A stretch of DNA of 59,817 nucleotides, counting the filler. It is 5 parts of 5 records of this genome, joined end to end, with 100 filler letters (N's around TTAATTAATTAA, not from the genome) between each part and the next. Parts side by side here need not be neighbours in the genome. Positions count along the whole stretch, not along the records: positions 34,800 to 51,736 come from SRR31156797_15733; positions 51,837 to 59,817 come from SRR31156797_15763; 3 more parts are not named here. The stretch is one strand, 5' to 3'. The number at the start of each line of letters is the position of its first letter. Position 1 is the stretch's first letter. The notes under the pieces were generated by a model. That model ran no database searches. It was not told where the DNA came from and worked only from the letters and a program-made list of their open reading frames with translations. Below, piece by piece: positions 41,909-53,924 of the stretch. The translations under genes were made by a program, and so were the position numbers.

Positions 41909-44332
41909 ATGTCTTCTGGACAATCTTTTTCACGCTCACTTTTAAAGTTACCAGCGACCTTGCTGGTAAAAGGCACGGCTATTCCATCTAATCCAATCGA
42001 AGATATTGGTATTGATACAAACAAACCGATCGTTTACGTTCTGCCTTTCCGTTCGAACATTGATTTACTCACCTTACAAACCCATGCGAAAGAAGCTGGC
42101 TTACCTGACCCACTCTCTCCATTAGAAATAGAAGGTAAGAGTTTAAAACGCTATGTGTTCATCTCGTCTCGCCCGACGTTATTACAAGATGATAATCATG
42201 TTCCCGGTGATTCAATTGAAACCTTTAAAGAGCTGTTAGCCCTGCACCATGATAACCATGATCTCGATGTACAGGTCATTCCGACTTCGGTTCTTTGGGG
42301 ACGTAAGCCGGGTAAAGAAGGAAGCCAAAAGCCTTATCTTCAAGCAATGAATGGCCTACAAAAAGCTCAAGCTGTTGTCTTATCGGGTCGTGATTGTTTA
42401 GTTCGTTTTAGCCCTGTGGTATCACTGCGCTACATGGCAGACTCACACGGTACGGACGAATCTATCGCTCATAAGCTGGCCCGTGTGGCGCGCATTCACT
42501 TCTCTCGCCAGAAACTTGCGGCATCAGGCCCTAACCTACCAGACCGTGCGGTACTGTTTCAGCGTTTGATGAACTCCCCAGCGATTGACAAAGCGATTCA
42601 CGAAGAGGCTGAAGCGAAAAACATCTCGCTTGATAAAGCTCGTAAAGCCGCACATGACATCCTTGATGAAGTGGCTGCAAACTTCTCTTATTCTTTGATA
42701 AAGAAAGGCAATAGTGTCTTAGGTTGGCTGTGGAACCGACTCTATCAAGGCCTGAACATCAATAACGCCTCGACGGTACGTCGACTGGCGCAAGATGGCC
42801 ATGAGATTGTTTATGTTCCTTGTCACCGCAGCCATATGGACTACCTATTACTATCCTACGTGCTTTACAACGAAGGCTTAGTGCCACCTCACATTGCCGC
42901 GGGTATTAACCTAAACTTCTTCCCAGCAGGTCCTATTTTCCGCCGTGGTGGTGCTTTCTTCATTCGCCGCAGCTTTAAAGGCAATAAGCTCTACTCAACT
43001 ATTTTCCGCGAGTACCTTGCTGAACTGTTCTCAAAAGGTTATTCGGTCGAGTATTTCAGTGAAGGGGGACGCTCACGCACTGGTCGACTGTTGACGGCGA
43101 AAACAGGCATGTTAGCCATGACGATTCAAGCAATGCTGCGAGGCTTAAACCGCCCTGTAACACTAGTTCCGGTTTACATTGGCTACGAACATGTAATGGA
43201 AGTAAGCACTTACGCAAAAGAGCTACGTGGTAAACAAAAAGAAAAAGAGAATGCGGGCCTAGTATTACGCACCATTCGTAAACTGCGTAACTTTGGTAAA
43301 GGCTACGTTAACTTCGGTGAACCCATTCCTCTAAACCAATATTTAAACGAACAAGTGCCAAGTTGGACGCAAGACATTGATCCAATGGGTGCTAACCGAC
43401 CTCAATGGATAACACCAGTGGTCAATCAGTTAGCTACCAAAATGATGACCCATATTAATGACGCAGCAGCAGCCAACGCATTGACTTTAAGTGCAACAGC
43501 ATTGCTTGCTTCACGTCAAAGAGCTTTATCGCGTGATACTTTAATTAATCAAATCGATTGTTATCTGGATCTTCTGCGTAATGTCCCGTACTCAGGTACC
43601 TGTACGGTTCCTAACGACAGCGCAGAGAGCTTGGTTAATCACGCAATCTCATTAGATAAATTCGTGGTTGAGTCGGACACGATGGGCGATATTATTTCTC
43701 TGGATCGTAATCAATCGATTCTGATGACATACTACCGCAACAACATCATTCATTTGCTTGCCCTGCCTTCACTGATCGCGCAAATGTTGATTCGCCAACA
43801 AACGCTTTCTGTTACCAAGATTCAGGAAAACGTAGCTCTCATCTATCCTTTCTTGAAGCAAGAGCTTTTCCTAAGCCATGAAGCTGAACAATTGACGGAA
43901 GTGGTGAATCATTACCTTGCAGAGTTGCAGCGTCAGGATCTGATCACCATCAATGACGATATCGCAACCATTAATCAGGCGAAAACGCAGTTATTGATGC
44001 TATTGGGTCGCACGATTTCAGAAACCTTACAACGCTATGCTATCGCCCTTAACTTACTGGTTGAGAATCCAGAGTTAGGCAAATCTGATCTTGAAGCGAA
44101 GAGTCAGGAGATTGCGCAGCGTCTAGGACGCTTACATGGTATCAATGCACCTGAGTTCTTTGATAAAGGCGTCTTCTCCGCCATGTTTGTGACCTTAAAA
44201 ACACAGGGTTACTTAAATAGTGAAGGTGATTGTCAGGTCGATATTACTGAACGCTTGGCCCGCAAGCTCTATAGCATGCTATATCCTGAAGTACGGCTAA
44301 CAATTCAGGAAAGTATCTATCAATACGAATAG
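41909..44332 (+). CDS. plsB: Glycerol-3-phosphate 1-O-acyltransferase
   Basis: [26 protein letters not shown] motifs; divergent from lexA. Confidence 0.98.
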   Translation: MSSGQSFSRSLLKLPATLLVKGTAIPSNPIEDIGIDTNKPIVYVLPFRSNIDLLTLQTHAKEAGLPDPLSPLEIEGKSLKRYVFISSRPTLLQDDNHVPGDSIETFKELLALHHDNHDLDVQVIPTSVLWGRKPGKEGSQKPYLQAMNGLQKAQAVVLSGRDCLVRFSPVVSLRYMADSHGTDESIAHKLARVARIHFSRQKLAASGPNLPDRAVLFQRLMNSPAIDKAIHEEAEAKNISLDKARKAAHDILDEVAANFSYSLIKKGNSVLGWLWNRLYQGLNINNASTVRRLAQDGHEIVYVPCHRSHMDYLLLSYVLYNEGLVPPHIAAGINLNFFPAGPIFRRGGAFFIRRSFKGNKLYSTIFREYLAELFSKGYSVEYFSEGGRSRTGRLLTAKTGMLAMTIQAMLRGLNRPVTLVPVYIGYEHVMEVSTYAKELRGKQKEKENAGLVLRTIRKLRNFGKGYVNFGEPIPLNQYLNEQVPSWTQDIDPMGANRPQWITPVVNQLATKMMTHINDAAAANALTLSATALLASRQRALSRDTLINQIDCYLDLLRNVPYSGTCTVPNDSAESLVNHAISLDKFVVESDTMGDIISLDRNQSILMTYYRNNIIHLLALPSLIAQMLIRQQTLSVTKIQENVALIYPFLKQELFLSHEAEQLTEVVNHYLAELQRQDLITINDDIATINQAKTQLLMLLGRTISETLQRYAIALNLLVENPELGKSDLEAKSQEIAQRLGRLHGINAPEFFDKGVFSAMFVTLKTQGYLNSEGDCQVDITERLARKLYSMLYPEVRLTIQESIYQYE

Positions 44333-44339
44333 CAGTAAC

Positions 44340-44366
44340 AAAAAGGCATCCAATGGATGCCTTTTT
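44340..44366. terminator. Bidirectional terminator between plsB and ubiA
   Basis: AAAAAGGCATCC-AAT-GGATGCCTTTTT. Confidence 0.85.
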
Positions 44367-44370
44367 AAAT

Positions 44371-45225
44371 TTAGAGATAAGAGACGAGTAACCCAATCGC
44401 AATAACCATTCCCACATAGTTATTGTTCAAGAAAGCTTGAAAACATGGTTGTCTTTCGCGGTGGCGAATTAAATGCTGCTGGTAAACAAACAACGCTCCA
44501 GCAATAAGCAATCCCCAGTAATAACTATTGTTCAGTTGATAGTGGTAACCCAGCGCAATCAGCATCGCGATAGTGATCAGTTGCAAAACACCAATGATCA
44601 TTTTGTCATAGCGACCAAACAGAATCGCGGTCGACTTAATTCCTATCTGTAAATCGTCATCCCTGTCTACCATGGCATATTGAGTGTCGTAAGCAATCGT
44701 CCAAAGCACATTTATCACAAACACAAACCACACTACCCATGGCAGATCATTAGCTTGAGCTGCCCAAGCCATTGGAATGGACCAACTGAACGCTAACCCC
44801 AAGAATAGCTGAGGCAAATGCGTAAAACGCTTCATAAAAGGATAGATAAACGCTAAAACGATACCAGCAAAAGAAAGTTTCACCGTTAGCGGATTCATAG
44901 TTAAAACCAGCAAAAATGACGCTATTGAGAGTACCAGAAAAAGGGCGATAGCCTCTTTCGCCGTTACCGCTCCTGACGGGAGAGGACGTCCTGCGGTACG
45001 TTTTACATGTCCATCGACTTTACGATCAGCAAAGTCGTTAATCACACATCCCGCTGAGCGCATCATGAAAACACCCGCAACGAAAACAATCAGTACTTTG
45101 ACATCCGGTAAGCCTTGAGCAGAAAGAATCAACGCCCAAATCGTTGGCCACATTAAAAGCAAAGAACCGATTGGTCGATTCATTCGCATTAATTGCCAAT
45201 ACGCTTTTGCCTTAACCGCACTCAT
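44371..45225 (-). CDS. ubiA: 4-hydroxybenzoate octaprenyltransferase
   Basis: [27 protein letters not shown]. Confidence 0.98.
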   Translation of the reverse strand: MSAVKAKAYWQLMRMNRPIGSLLLMWPTIWALILSAQGLPDVKVLIVFVAGVFMMRSAGCVINDFADRKVDGHVKRTAGRPLPSGAVTAKEAIALFLVLSIASFLLVLTMNPLTVKLSFAGIVLAFIYPFMKRFTHLPQLFLGLAFSWSIPMAWAAQANDLPWVVWFVFVINVLWTIAYDTQYAMVDRDDDLQIGIKSTAILFGRYDKMIIGVLQLITIAMLIALGYHYQLNNSYYWGLLIAGALFVYQQHLIRHRERQPCFQAFLNNNYVGMVIAIGLLVSYL

Positions 45226-45764
45226 TTAACTTGCTCCTTCAGATACACCGGAGAATTAGAAAGAAATAACTCAGCCACCAGCATCGGTTTATCATTCATC
45301 CATAATCTAGAACGACGAGCTAACAATCGCCCATCAGAAGTCTCAACCCATCCCACTTGTAACGCATCACGTTTTACCTTCTCGGCACTGAAAACAGTGA
45401 CGCCAAGAGGTACTTCTCCTTGCTGTTGCAAATCATGGGGCTGGCCATCAACCGACGATTGTGGAATTAAAGTTCTTCCGACTACCCAAGAGTGCCCATC
45501 CCCCTGTAGAATCACTTTGCGTAGTAAACACTTTTCCAAATTCAACAGGCTCGATTCACTTTCTGTTAATGAAGAAGCATCAACCCAATGATTATACTGC
45601 AGATCGACGGTCAAACTTTGACAATATGCAGATAACCGATGAGATAATGATTCCTGTTCCAACAGCCAGGATTTCGCATTACTATTCGGAAAATTAAATT
45701 CTTCTGGTGCTAGCCAGTTCACCTGACCTAACGCAGTCAGATACAGCGAAATTGATTGATTCAT
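45222..45764 (-). CDS. ubiC: Chorismate pyruvate-lyase
   Basis: [29 protein letters not shown]; overlaps ubiA start. Confidence 0.95.
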   Translation of the reverse strand: MNQSISLYLTALGQVNWLAPEEFNFPNSNAKSWLLEQESLSHRLSAYCQSLTVDLQYNHWVDASSLTESESSLLNLEKCLLRKVILQGDGHSWVVGRTLIPQSSVDGQPHDLQQQGEVPLGVTVFSAEKVKRDALQVGWVETSDGRLLARRSRLWMNDKPMLVAELFLSNSPVYLKEQVK

Positions 45765-45935
45765 ACTAGTATTCTGTATAGCTCTTGATGTTAGCTATAC
45801 CACATAAGCCCGCTTTCGGTCTCAAACTAAACAATTGAAACCATTGTAGGTATTTTTATTTACAAATAGATGGTCTATTGTAACAAGACTCGGGCAGTTC
45901 GAGTATCTTGAAGATAGAAAAGAATTGATAGCCAT

Positions 45936-46340
45936 ATGCTTAAACAACACTTAGCCCATATTTTTATAATATTTAGTTTCCTGTTTTCTTCTTTCACGCT
46001 AGCGGAAGAAGAAACTACACAATTTGCTTACTTTACCCTTGAACCCGATGTAACAACGAATTTCTTCACCAACGGTAAAAAACTAGGCTATATCCAAGTT
46101 CGTATTGATGTCATGGTCAGTAGCAGTGCCGATCTACCACTGATTGAACTGCACCAACCTCTTATTCGAGATGCTGTCGTTGAACTGCTAGGTAAACAAA
46201 ATGAAGATACGATTAAGTCTTTAGCAGGACGTGAAGATCTCCGAAAAACTCTGGTCGAGCAATTGAACAATACGTTATTACCAGAAACCGGACGTACCAT
46301 TATTGCTGATTTACTGTTTACCAAATATCTCTATCAGTAA
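45936..46340 (+). CDS. fliL: FliL-family protein (stand-alone paralog)
   Basis: Signal/TM segment; HQPLIRDA..LL; LLFTKYLYQ end. Confidence 0.85.
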   Translation: MLKQHLAHIFIIFSFLFSSFTLAEEETTQFAYFTLEPDVTTNFFTNGKKLGYIQVRIDVMVSSSADLPLIELHQPLIRDAVVELLGKQNEDTIKSLAGREDLRKTLVEQLNNTLLPETGRTIIADLLFTKYLYQ

Positions 46341-46379
46341 CGGTTGAAAACGGATTCATCACTTCCAAAAAACGGCCTT

Positions 46380-47234
46380 TTAGCCGTTTTTTTCGTTTAT
46401 GGACTGGTAACGACTTGCGTCATTTAATCCCATTAATACCCCTGCCACTAATCCAGCCAAATGGGCCGTATTAGCAATAGCGATAAATGGCTGGACGAAA
46501 CCTAGTACTAACCACACCAGCATAAAAGCCACTAACGGTTTTGCGATTCCTATCCCAGCTTGTGGGGCTTTAACACTAAACATCCACAAATAGCCAACTA
46601 AGGCGTACACGACACCGGACAAACCACCAAAGTTTGCACCTTCAACCCAAAACTGCCCAGCACCTGATAGCGCCGCTGAGACAACAAAGATTTGTAATAG
46701 TTTAAAGCTGCCTAAGCGTTTTTCTATATCGCCACCAAACTCCCACCACCATAAAAGATTAAAAACGATATGTAACACCGAGAAATGCAACAATGCATGA
46801 CTGATCCAACGCCAAAGCTGCCACTGCTGACCTGGTTGTGCTGGGAAGTGAAGAGATGAAAAGATGGTATTCATCATACCAAACTGGAGTAATCCAAAAA
46901 TAATCACACAAACGGCCATCACCATCAGAGTCAATGGTCCAGCTTTGGATTTCAACATGGCCATAAGGCCCGGAGAACCGGAGTGATAACGGAATTGCGG
47001 TTGACGAGTATCAGCCATATCCCATGATGCTGCTTGGTATTTCTTATCGTTGGGATTTTCAAGAAACTGGTTGATCTCGGTTTCGACTTCAAGCTGATGT
47101 TCATCATTCATCAACCATAAAACAAACTGACCACTTCCTTCCGGCATCATTTTTATTTCAATTTGGCGAGACGCCATATAATCAATAAAGGCTTGCGCCA
47201 TACGCGGATTGTTCAATGTGATCAGTCTAATCAT
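46380..47234 (-). CDS. glpG: Rhomboid intramembrane serine protease
   Basis: WRWISHALLHF, GGLSGVVY, AHLAG. Confidence 0.96.
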   Translation of the reverse strand: MIRLITLNNPRMAQAFIDYMASRQIEIKMMPEGSGQFVLWLMNDEHQLEVETEINQFLENPNDKKYQAASWDMADTRQPQFRYHSGSPGLMAMLKSKAGPLTLMVMAVCVIIFGLLQFGMMNTIFSSLHFPAQPGQQWQLWRWISHALLHFSVLHIVFNLLWWWEFGGDIEKRLGSFKLLQIFVVSAALSGAGQFWVEGANFGGLSGVVYALVGYLWMFSVKAPQAGIGIAKPLVAFMLVWLVLGFVQPFIAIANTAHLAGLVAGVLMGLNDASRYQSINEKNG

Positions 47235-47271
47235 TACAGCTCACTTATGGTTATAAGATGTTCTTGCCGAG

Positions 47272-47592
47272 TTAGTTCGCTTCAACAGGCAAATTCGCTC
47301 GATGCCAGGCTTCGAAGCCACCATCAACACTATACACCTGTTCAAACCCTTGGTTAACTAAGTATTGTGCCGCGCCCTGACTACTGACACCGTGATAACA
47401 CATCACCAGTACCGGTTCATCGAACTCAGCTTGCTCCATAAAAGAAACGATACTGTCGTTAGTTAGATGGAAGGCTGTTTTTGCATGAGCCGTTGCGAAA
47501 GATTGCGGATCGCGAATATCCACAAGCTTGGCATTATTCTGTTCAATTAGGGTTTGAGCGCCCGCGACATCAATGTGCTGAAATTGGTCCAT
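47272..47592 (-). CDS. glpE: Thiosulfate sulfurtransferase (rhodanese)
   Basis: CYHGVSS active site, SVDGGFEAW. Confidence 0.96.
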   Translation of the reverse strand: MDQFQHIDVAGAQTLIEQNNAKLVDIRDPQSFATAHAKTAFHLTNDSIVSFMEQAEFDEPVLVMCYHGVSSQGAAQYLVNQGFEQVYSVDGGFEAWHRANLPVEAN

Positions 47593-47674
47593 GATTTACT
47601 CTCACTTTAATAATAATTTTACTGTACCCATTGTAACCTATCCAGTGTTGAACAAGTACACGACAACTCTATGG

Positions 47675-47901
47675 TTATCCACCAGTGATCATTTGTTCAT
47701 CAATTGTGGATAATTCTGTGGATTGCGTTGATAAAGTGTTTTATTAAAGATCGATCCACAACATCTAGTGATGATCCTGTTTTTTCTGTGTGTATTTCTA
47801 AAACTATCCCCAAATAAAAAACAGCGTTCATACCTTTATTTACCCGACTTGATGACAGTGAGTAAATAAATTTACCACAGAGTTATCCACAGATATTCAC
47901 A
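47675..47901. promoter_or_regulatory. Cluster of DnaA boxes with interspersed GATC sites
   Basis: Perfect boxes at 47705-47713 (TGTGGATAA) and 47883-47891 (TTATCCACA); 8/9 matches at 47675, 47871, 47893; 7/9 matches at 47717, 47726, 47752, 47789, 47804. Confidence 0.8.
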
Positions 47902-47931
47902 ACAAAGCTTTGATAATTTTCGATCCGGCAT

Positions 47932-47960
47932 AAAAAAACCGAGATCCATTGATCTCGGTT
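47932..47960 (-). terminator. rpoH intrinsic terminator
   Basis: AACCGAGATC-CATT-GATCTCGGTT with a T run on the minus strand. Confidence 0.85.
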
Positions 47961-47991
47961 CTTAACATTCTTGAAGCTGATTTATTTGCGA

Positions 47992-48849
47992 TTACAGATC
48001 GCCAACCGCTTCTTTTAGTTTCTTCATTGCATTCTTTTCGAGCTGTCGAATTCGCTCTGCAGAAACACTGTACATGTCTGCCAACTCTTGCAATGTCGCT
48101 TTTTGGTCGTCTAACCAACGAGAACGAACAATGTGCTGACTGCGCTCATCCAAACTCGATAATGCATAACCCAAACGTTGAGAAGTGTGGTTTTCCCAGT
48201 TTTGCGCTTCAACATTATCAGCCAAGTCCGAATGCTTATCTTCGAGATAAAGCATTGGAGCTGCGTATGAGTTACCGCTGTCTTCATCGTCGGCTGAAAG
48301 CTCAAACGTCGCATCTTGCGCCGCCAAGCGAGATTCCATCTCACGAACTTCTGAAGGTTCTACACCTAATTCGCGAGCAACGGTCTCAACTTCACCGTTA
48401 TTAAACCAGCCAAGACGTTTCTTAGACTTGCGAAGATTGAAGAACAACTTACGTTGCGCTTTAGTGGTCGCAATCTTAACGATACGCCAGTTACGCAATA
48501 CGTACTCATGAATCTCAGCTTTAATCCAGTGAACAGCGAAAGACACCAGTCTTACCCCCACTTCTGGATTGAAGCGCTTCACCGCTTTCATCAAGCCGAT
48601 GTTGCCTTCCTGAACCAAGTCAGCTAATGGCAAGCCATAGCCAGAATAACCGCGAGCAACGTGAACAACGAAACGAAGGTGCGATAGAATCAAGCCTTTA
48701 GCCGCTTCAATATCACCTTCATAATGCAACTTCTCAGCAAGCTCACGCTCTTCCTCTGCCGTTAGCATCGGATAACTGTTCGCCGTGCGGATGTAACTAT
48801 CTAAGCTATCTTGTGAAACAAGCGCTAATTGATATGTAGAAGTAGCCAT
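47992..48849 (-). CDS. rpoH: RNA polymerase sigma-32 factor
   Basis: RpoH box QRKLFFNLR; downstream of ftsX. Confidence 0.99.
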   Translation of the reverse strand: MATSTYQLALVSQDSLDSYIRTANSYPMLTAEEERELAEKLHYEGDIEAAKGLILSHLRFVVHVARGYSGYGLPLADLVQEGNIGLMKAVKRFNPEVGVRLVSFAVHWIKAEIHEYVLRNWRIVKIATTKAQRKLFFNLRKSKKRLGWFNNGEVETVARELGVEPSEVREMESRLAAQDATFELSADDEDSGNSYAAPMLYLEDKHSDLADNVEAQNWENHTSQRLGYALSSLDERSQHIVRSRWLDDQKATLQELADMYSVSAERIRQLEKNAMKKLKEAVGDL

Positions 48850-49020
48850 TCAATTCCTCATCAATCTCTGATCTGGACTTTCTAATCTGAAACTCAGATT
48901 ATTTAATCTATCAATCTTGAACCTAAACTGAGCAGGTTTCAAGACCGATTGGTTATTATGCATAAACAAATGCCGCTGACAAGTTAACACTCGCCATTGC
49001 CAGAGTAAGACAAAAAAATA

Positions 49021-49989
49021 TTACACAGGTTCAATTTCTTTTAGATGACGTTGAGCTGCGCTCTTCGCGGCAACACATCCAAGGAAGGTTCCTAACATCA
49101 ACAGCAGCAGAGATTCGTCCCAACTTAAGCCAATCAACCTAAACTGACTGTCATAAAGCATCGCCAAGTCTTCTACTGCACCATTCAAAACGATGGTAAT
49201 CAAAGCCGTCAATAACCACGCAGAGACTGCACCCAAAACACCAAACCACATACCTACATAGACATAAGGACGCAGGATAAAACCGTCTGTGGCGCCTATC
49301 AACTTCATGGTTTGGATTTCATCTTTATTGGCTTGAACATTAAAACGAAGCGTATTGCCAATAATCAGAAATACTGACGCCAGCATCAATGTTGATAAAC
49401 TAATAACAACAATTGTCGCGAGGTTACGAATCGCATCTAATCGAGCAAGCCAGTCTTCATCTAACCTGACGTCAGTAACCTCTTCTTCGCTGCGAATTGA
49501 CGCCGCGATTTGCTTAATTTCTTGGTCGGTTTCCACATTGGGTGAAACCACCAACACACCAGGCAGAGAATACTCATCTAACAAGCTGATTGCTTGGTCA
49601 AAGCCTGAATGCTCACTGAGATCAGACAACCCTTGTTGAGGGGAAATATACTCCACTTTATCAACATCACTACGACTCTCAATTTCATCTTTAAGAACCA
49701 TAATGCGAGGCTCTGGTGTCCCTTCCTGAATATAAACGCTGACTTGAGAAGGGCTAACGACGTTATCAGCAACCGAGGCAATGTTCTTACTCAACAAGTA
49801 CAAACACGCAGGTAACGTTAGCGCCATCGAAATCACAGCCAGAGTAAGAATGTTACCCATAGGGCGATGCCATAAGCTGGAAAAAGAGGCTTTCGCTTGT
49901 TTGATATGAATAGTGAAGAAATTATCGGTTTTCAATCGTTTTGCATCGCGAGATTTGTTGATCTTTTTATTGTTTGGCTTAGTGGCCAT
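49021..49989 (-). CDS. ftsX: Cell division permease FtsX
   Basis: IGNTLR..MKLIGATDGFILRP; within ftsYEX operon. Confidence 0.97.
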   Translation of the reverse strand: MATKPNNKKINKSRDAKRLKTDNFFTIHIKQAKASFSSLWHRPMGNILTLAVISMALTLPACLYLLSKNIASVADNVVSPSQVSVYIQEGTPEPRIMVLKDEIESRSDVDKVEYISPQQGLSDLSEHSGFDQAISLLDEYSLPGVLVVSPNVETDQEIKQIAASIRSEEEVTDVRLDEDWLARLDAIRNLATIVVISLSTLMLASVFLIIGNTLRFNVQANKDEIQTMKLIGATDGFILRPYVYVGMWFGVLGAVSAWLLTALITIVLNGAVEDLAMLYDSQFRLIGLSWDESLLLLMLGTFLGCVAAKSAAQRHLKEIEPV

Positions 49990-50653
49990 AGTCATCAACC
50001 TCGCTCAAAAAACCCTGATTTAACTCTAAGTGGCGATACTGAGGGCGCGAGTTCACCAAACCTATATCGTGCGTCGCCAACAAAATGGAGACACCAGCAC
50101 GGTTAAACTCTTCAAATAACTTAATGATTCGATTCGATAGCTCAGGGTCTAGGTTACCTGTCGGCTCATCGGCTAACAGTAGTGTTGGACGATTCACAAC
50201 GGCGCGTGCAATCCCAACTCGCTGCTGTTCACCACCGGATAGCTGGCTAGGCAAGCTACGAGCTTTATCTAACAAACCTGTTTTATCCAACGCTGCAGAA
50301 ACACGACGTTTAATATCATTTTCAGAGATAGATTCAATTCGCATTGGCAGCGCAACGTTGTCAAACACAGAGCGGTCCATCAGTAACCGGTGATCTTGAA
50401 ATACAATGCCAATATTACGGCGCAGAAAAGGAATGTCTTTGTTGGGGATACGGGTAACATCATGACCGTTAAAGCTAATTTTGCCATCACTAGGACGTTC
50501 CATAGCACAAATCAGTTTAAGCAGAGTACTTTTACCCGCACCGGAGTGACCACCAAGAAATGTCATTTCACCACGACGAAGATGAAAGTCGACTTTCTGC
50601 AGCGCCTGACGACCACCTCGATAAACTTTACTCACCTGTTGAAACTTGATCAC
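49979..50653 (-). CDS. ftsE: Cell division ATP-binding protein FtsE
   Basis: [28 protein letters not shown]. Confidence 0.98.
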   Translation of the reverse strand: MIKFQQVSKVYRGGRQALQKVDFHLRRGEMTFLGGHSGAGKSTLLKLICAMERPSDGKISFNGHDVTRIPNKDIPFLRRNIGIVFQDHRLLMDRSVFDNVALPMRIESISENDIKRRVSAALDKTGLLDKARSLPSQLSGGEQQRVGIARAVVNRPTLLLADEPTGNLDPELSNRIIKLFEEFNRAGVSILLATHDIGLVNSRPQYRHLELNQGFLSEVDDYGH

Positions 50654-50717
50654 ACATCATTCCTTTTTTACACCGGAATACTATCCATCTATTGGACGGA
50701 TAGTCCCTCGTGAAAAC

Positions 50718-51736
50718 TTATTCTTCGCGGCTAAATAGCGCGTCAATAAACTCTTGGGTTTCGAATGGGCGAAGATCTTCGATACCTTCACCAACACCAA
50801 TAAAGCGGATTGGGATTTGGAACTGGTCTGCAATCGCAAAAATAACACCGCCTTTCGCCGTACCATCCAGTTTGGTCAGAGTAATACCGGTAATCGGTGC
50901 AACATCGCTGAATAACTTCGCTTGGCTAATCGCGTTTTGACCTGTGCCAGCATCTAATGTCAGCATGATTTCATGAGGTGCAGAATCGTCAATCTTCTTC
51001 ATCACACGCACAATCTTACGCAGCTCTTCCATTAGATTAGCTTTATTTTGCAGACGACCTGCGGTATCTGCGATCACCACATCAACACCACGTGCTTTTG
51101 CGGCTTCAATCGCATCGTAAATAACAGAAGCACTGTCGGCACCTGTATGCTGAGCAATAACAGGGACGTTATTGCGCTCACCCCATACCTGAAGCTGTTC
51201 AACTGCCGCTGCACGGAAGGTATCGCCCGCAGCCAGCATCACTTTCTTACCTTGTGACTGGAACTGTTTGGCCAACTTACCGATGGTAGTGGTCTTACCC
51301 ACACCGTTTACACCCACCATCAGAATGACATAAGGTGTTTTTTCGGTATCGACAACCAAAGGCTTCTCAACAGTAGCGAGAATTTCCGCCATTTCTCCTT
51401 TCAGCAGATCATAAAGTGCTTCACCATCCTTAAGGTCTTGGCGGGATGCTTTTTCTGTTAAGTTGTTGATAATTTTTACCGTCGTGTCCATACCGACATC
51501 GGCAATCAGTAGCTGCTCTTCTAGCTCTTCAAACAGGTCATCATCGATTTTTTTACCTTTAAACAGGCCAAAAAAACCAGCACCAATATTGGCTTTAGTG
51601 CGACTTAAGCTACGTTTCAGACGCGCGAAAAAGCTTTCTGTCGGCTTTTCTTGCTCTTGTACTCGAGGAGCTTCCGGCTGAGGTTCTTCTTCAACTTCAA
51701 CGACATCTTCTGCTTCTGCTTCTGCTTCTGCTTCTG
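50718..51736 (-). CDS. ftsY: Signal recognition particle receptor FtsY (5' truncated in the acidic region)
   Basis: GVNGVGKTTT, DTAGR, TKLDGTAKGG; frame stays open upstream to AEAEAE repeats at the contig edge. Confidence 0.97.
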
Positions 51737-51836
51737 NNNNNNNNNNNNNNNNNNNNNNNNNNNNNNNNNNNNNNNNNNNNTTAATTAATTAANNNNNNNN
51801 NNNNNNNNNNNNNNNNNNNNNNNNNNNNNNNNNNNN
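51737..51836. other. Artificial contig spacer
   Basis: N runs flanking TTAATTAATTAA. Confidence 0.99.
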
Positions 51837-52208
51837 GGGGTCCCCGGCAATCAACGCCAGGACCGGGTCGAGCTCAAACCGGAACGCTTTTCTGCCAAAG
51901 GGATAGAGCTCCACCAGAAAGAGATCGGGCCGTTCCGTCAGGAAAAGCCGTTCCAGGATCTGTTGACGCTCTTTTTTGACATCTTTCACCCTTTTGCCCG
52001 GATCAACGCTGTAAAGTCCGTTGAACCCTTCATCCATCATCAATCCCGGCAGTTGCACCTGCCGCACATGGCCGGGAAGCTGCGCCGGAAGGGAATCCCC
52101 CCCGGTCACCAGGAGGATGTCGTGGGCATCCAGGGCCTTGACGATCTCCAGGGTTCGGAAAAAATGTCCCACACCCAGCACATGCTGGCAATAGACGATG
52201 ATCTTCAT
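51837..52208 (-). CDS. GT-B glycosyltransferase (GT28-like), 3' truncated
   Basis: YCQHVLGVGHFFR, VELYPFGRKAFRFEL. Confidence 0.85.
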
Positions 52209-52816
52209 TTTTCCTCCTGATTCAGGTTGACGGCGTTCAGTTGTTCCAGGACCAGGCCGTTATCCCAGGTGAATTTGTGCAGATATCCCTGCCGGATCAC
52301 CCCTTTCTCTTCGGGCAGGAACGCCCTGCCAAGGGCATGATAGGCAAGGGCTTTGATCACGCCGTTGTGGGTGACCACAAGGATGCGGCGGTCTTTGAAC
52401 CGGACGGCCGCCGCCTCCAGGGCTGAAAGGGAGCGGTCCAGCACGCCATGGCGGGCCTCGCCGCCGGGGGGGCAGAAGTCCCAGCCCAGGCGCTCCTGAA
52501 ACGCCACGGTGCCGGGGGCCGTCCGGCGCAGATCCTGGAGCCGTTTGCCCTGCCAGCGCCCAAAGGCCTGTTCCCGCAGCTTTTCCTCCGTCATCACCTC
52601 CAGGCCAAGGTGCCGGCCGATGATTTCCGCCGTGGCCCTGGCCCGGGCCAGGGGGCTTGAGAGGATAAGGTCCAGGGGGATCGTTCCAAGGACGGCGCAC
52701 CAGGACGCCACCTCCAGCCGTCCCTGGGCGGACAGGGGAAGATCCGCTTCCCCCTGGAGGCGCTTCTCAAGGTTCCACCGGGTCTTGCCATGTCGTATCA
52801 GGTTGAAGCTAACCAT
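52205..52816 (-). CDS. Histidine phosphatase (phosphoglycerate mutase family)
   Basis: LIRHGKTRWN, SSPLARA, VVTHNG. Confidence 0.93.
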   Translation of the reverse strand: MVSFNLIRHGKTRWNLEKRLQGEADLPLSAQGRLEVASWCAVLGTIPLDLILSSPLARARATAEIIGRHLGLEVMTEEKLREQAFGRWQGKRLQDLRRTAPGTVAFQERLGWDFCPPGGEARHGVLDRSLSALEAAAVRFKDRRILVVTHNGVIKALAYHALGRAFLPEEKGVIRQGYLHKFTWDNGLVLEQLNAVNLNQEEK

Positions 52817-53924
52817 TCAAAACCACCTTTTTCAATATTGCCTCCAGATGGAGATAATTGCGGTCAAGGTCGTGGCGCTGCCGGATGTAGGCAGCGGCCC
52901 TCTCTCCCATCCCGGATCGAAGGCCCTTGTCCCGTATCAGCCGTGCCAGGGCGTTGACAAAGGCGGATTCCCGGAACAGGGGAACGAGCAGGCCTGTCTT
53001 GCCATTGTCCACCACCTCGGGAATGCCGCCGTTGTCAAAGGCGACCACGGGCAGGGAACAGGATTGGGCCTCCAGGAAAACCATGCCCAGGGATTCCCGG
53101 ATGCCGGGAAACGCGAACAGATCTCCCGCACTGTAAAAGCGGTACATCTCTTTTCGCTCGATCCTGCCCACAAACCGGTAACGGCCCGGGATGCAGCGTT
53201 CGGCCAGGGCCCGCAATTCTTTTTCCATGGGACCGCTGCCCGCGATCACCAGGAGGAATGGCACATCCGTCCGGGCAAGCTTGGCGCAGCATTGGATGAG
53301 CCAGGCCAGCCCCCGGCTTTTGACATCATTTCTGAACATGGCCGCCGTCAGGATCACCGGTATCGACCCGGCTCCCCATTGGCGCCGTAAGGCAGCGCCC
53401 TCCCGGCCGCTTCGCCGGAACTCCCCGGGATAGATGCCCGGGGCGATATGGGAGAGCCTGTGTTCCGGGAGCAGCCGTTTCAGATTCTTAAGATCTTCAA
53501 GCTTGTTGGTGATCACATGGTCCGCCCGGACCAGGGAGGCCCGGTTCAGGAGAAAGCCGGGCAGGGTCTTGGGGCGTCGGCGCCGCTTTGTGGAATAGAT
53601 GCCCTGGAAGATCACATACTTGATGCCGAGCACCCTGCACACCCAGGGACCCAGCAGATCCGGGGCCTTGTAATAGGCGTGGTAGGTCAGCCAGAGGTCC
53701 GGGGGGGAGGCGGCAAGGGTCCTCACCGACCTCACAAAATCCCGGATCAGCCCGGGCCAGAGCCAGGGCCGGTGGGTGATCCACCGGGCCCGAACCCGGC
53801 CCTGGACCGTGACGTCATGGCCCCGGCCCTCGAGGAAGGCCACGATGCCGCCCGCAATGACCAGATCCCCGGAGGGGGTGCCATGGCCCAGGGGCTTGAA
53901 CGGGGCGTAAAAGGCGATTTTCAT
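52809..53924 (-). CDS. Glycosyltransferase family 4
   Basis: FYAPFKP..PSGD, ESLGMVFLEAQ (E-X7-E). Confidence 0.92.
   Translation of the reverse strand: MKIAFYAPFKPLGHGTPSGDLVIAGGIVAFLEGRGHDVTVQGRVRARWITHRPWLWPGLIRDFVRSVRTLAASPPDLWLTYHAYYKAPDLLGPWVCRVLGIKYVIFQGIYSTKRRRRPKTLPGFLLNRASLVRADHVITNKLEDLKNLKRLLPEHRLSHIAPGIYPGEFRRSGREGAALRRQWGAGSIPVILTAAMFRNDVKSRGLAWLIQCCAKLARTDVPFLLVIAGSGPMEKELRALAERCIPGRYRFVGRIERKEMYRFYSAGDLFAFPGIRESLGMVFLEAQSCSLPVVAFDNGGIPEVVDNGKTGLLVPLFRESAFVNALARLIRDKGLRSGMGERAAAYIRQRHDLDRNYLHLEAILKKVVLNG

Noticed and set aside
47593-47991. Chromosomal origin oriC
   Set aside because: Not flanked by gidA/mioC or dnaA, and no clear tandem 13-mer unwinding element; kept only as a DnaA-box cluster
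51706-51736. TCTGCT tandem repeat as a contingency locus
   Set aside because: In-frame Ala-Glu repeat of the acidic FtsY N-terminus; it probably just explains the contig break
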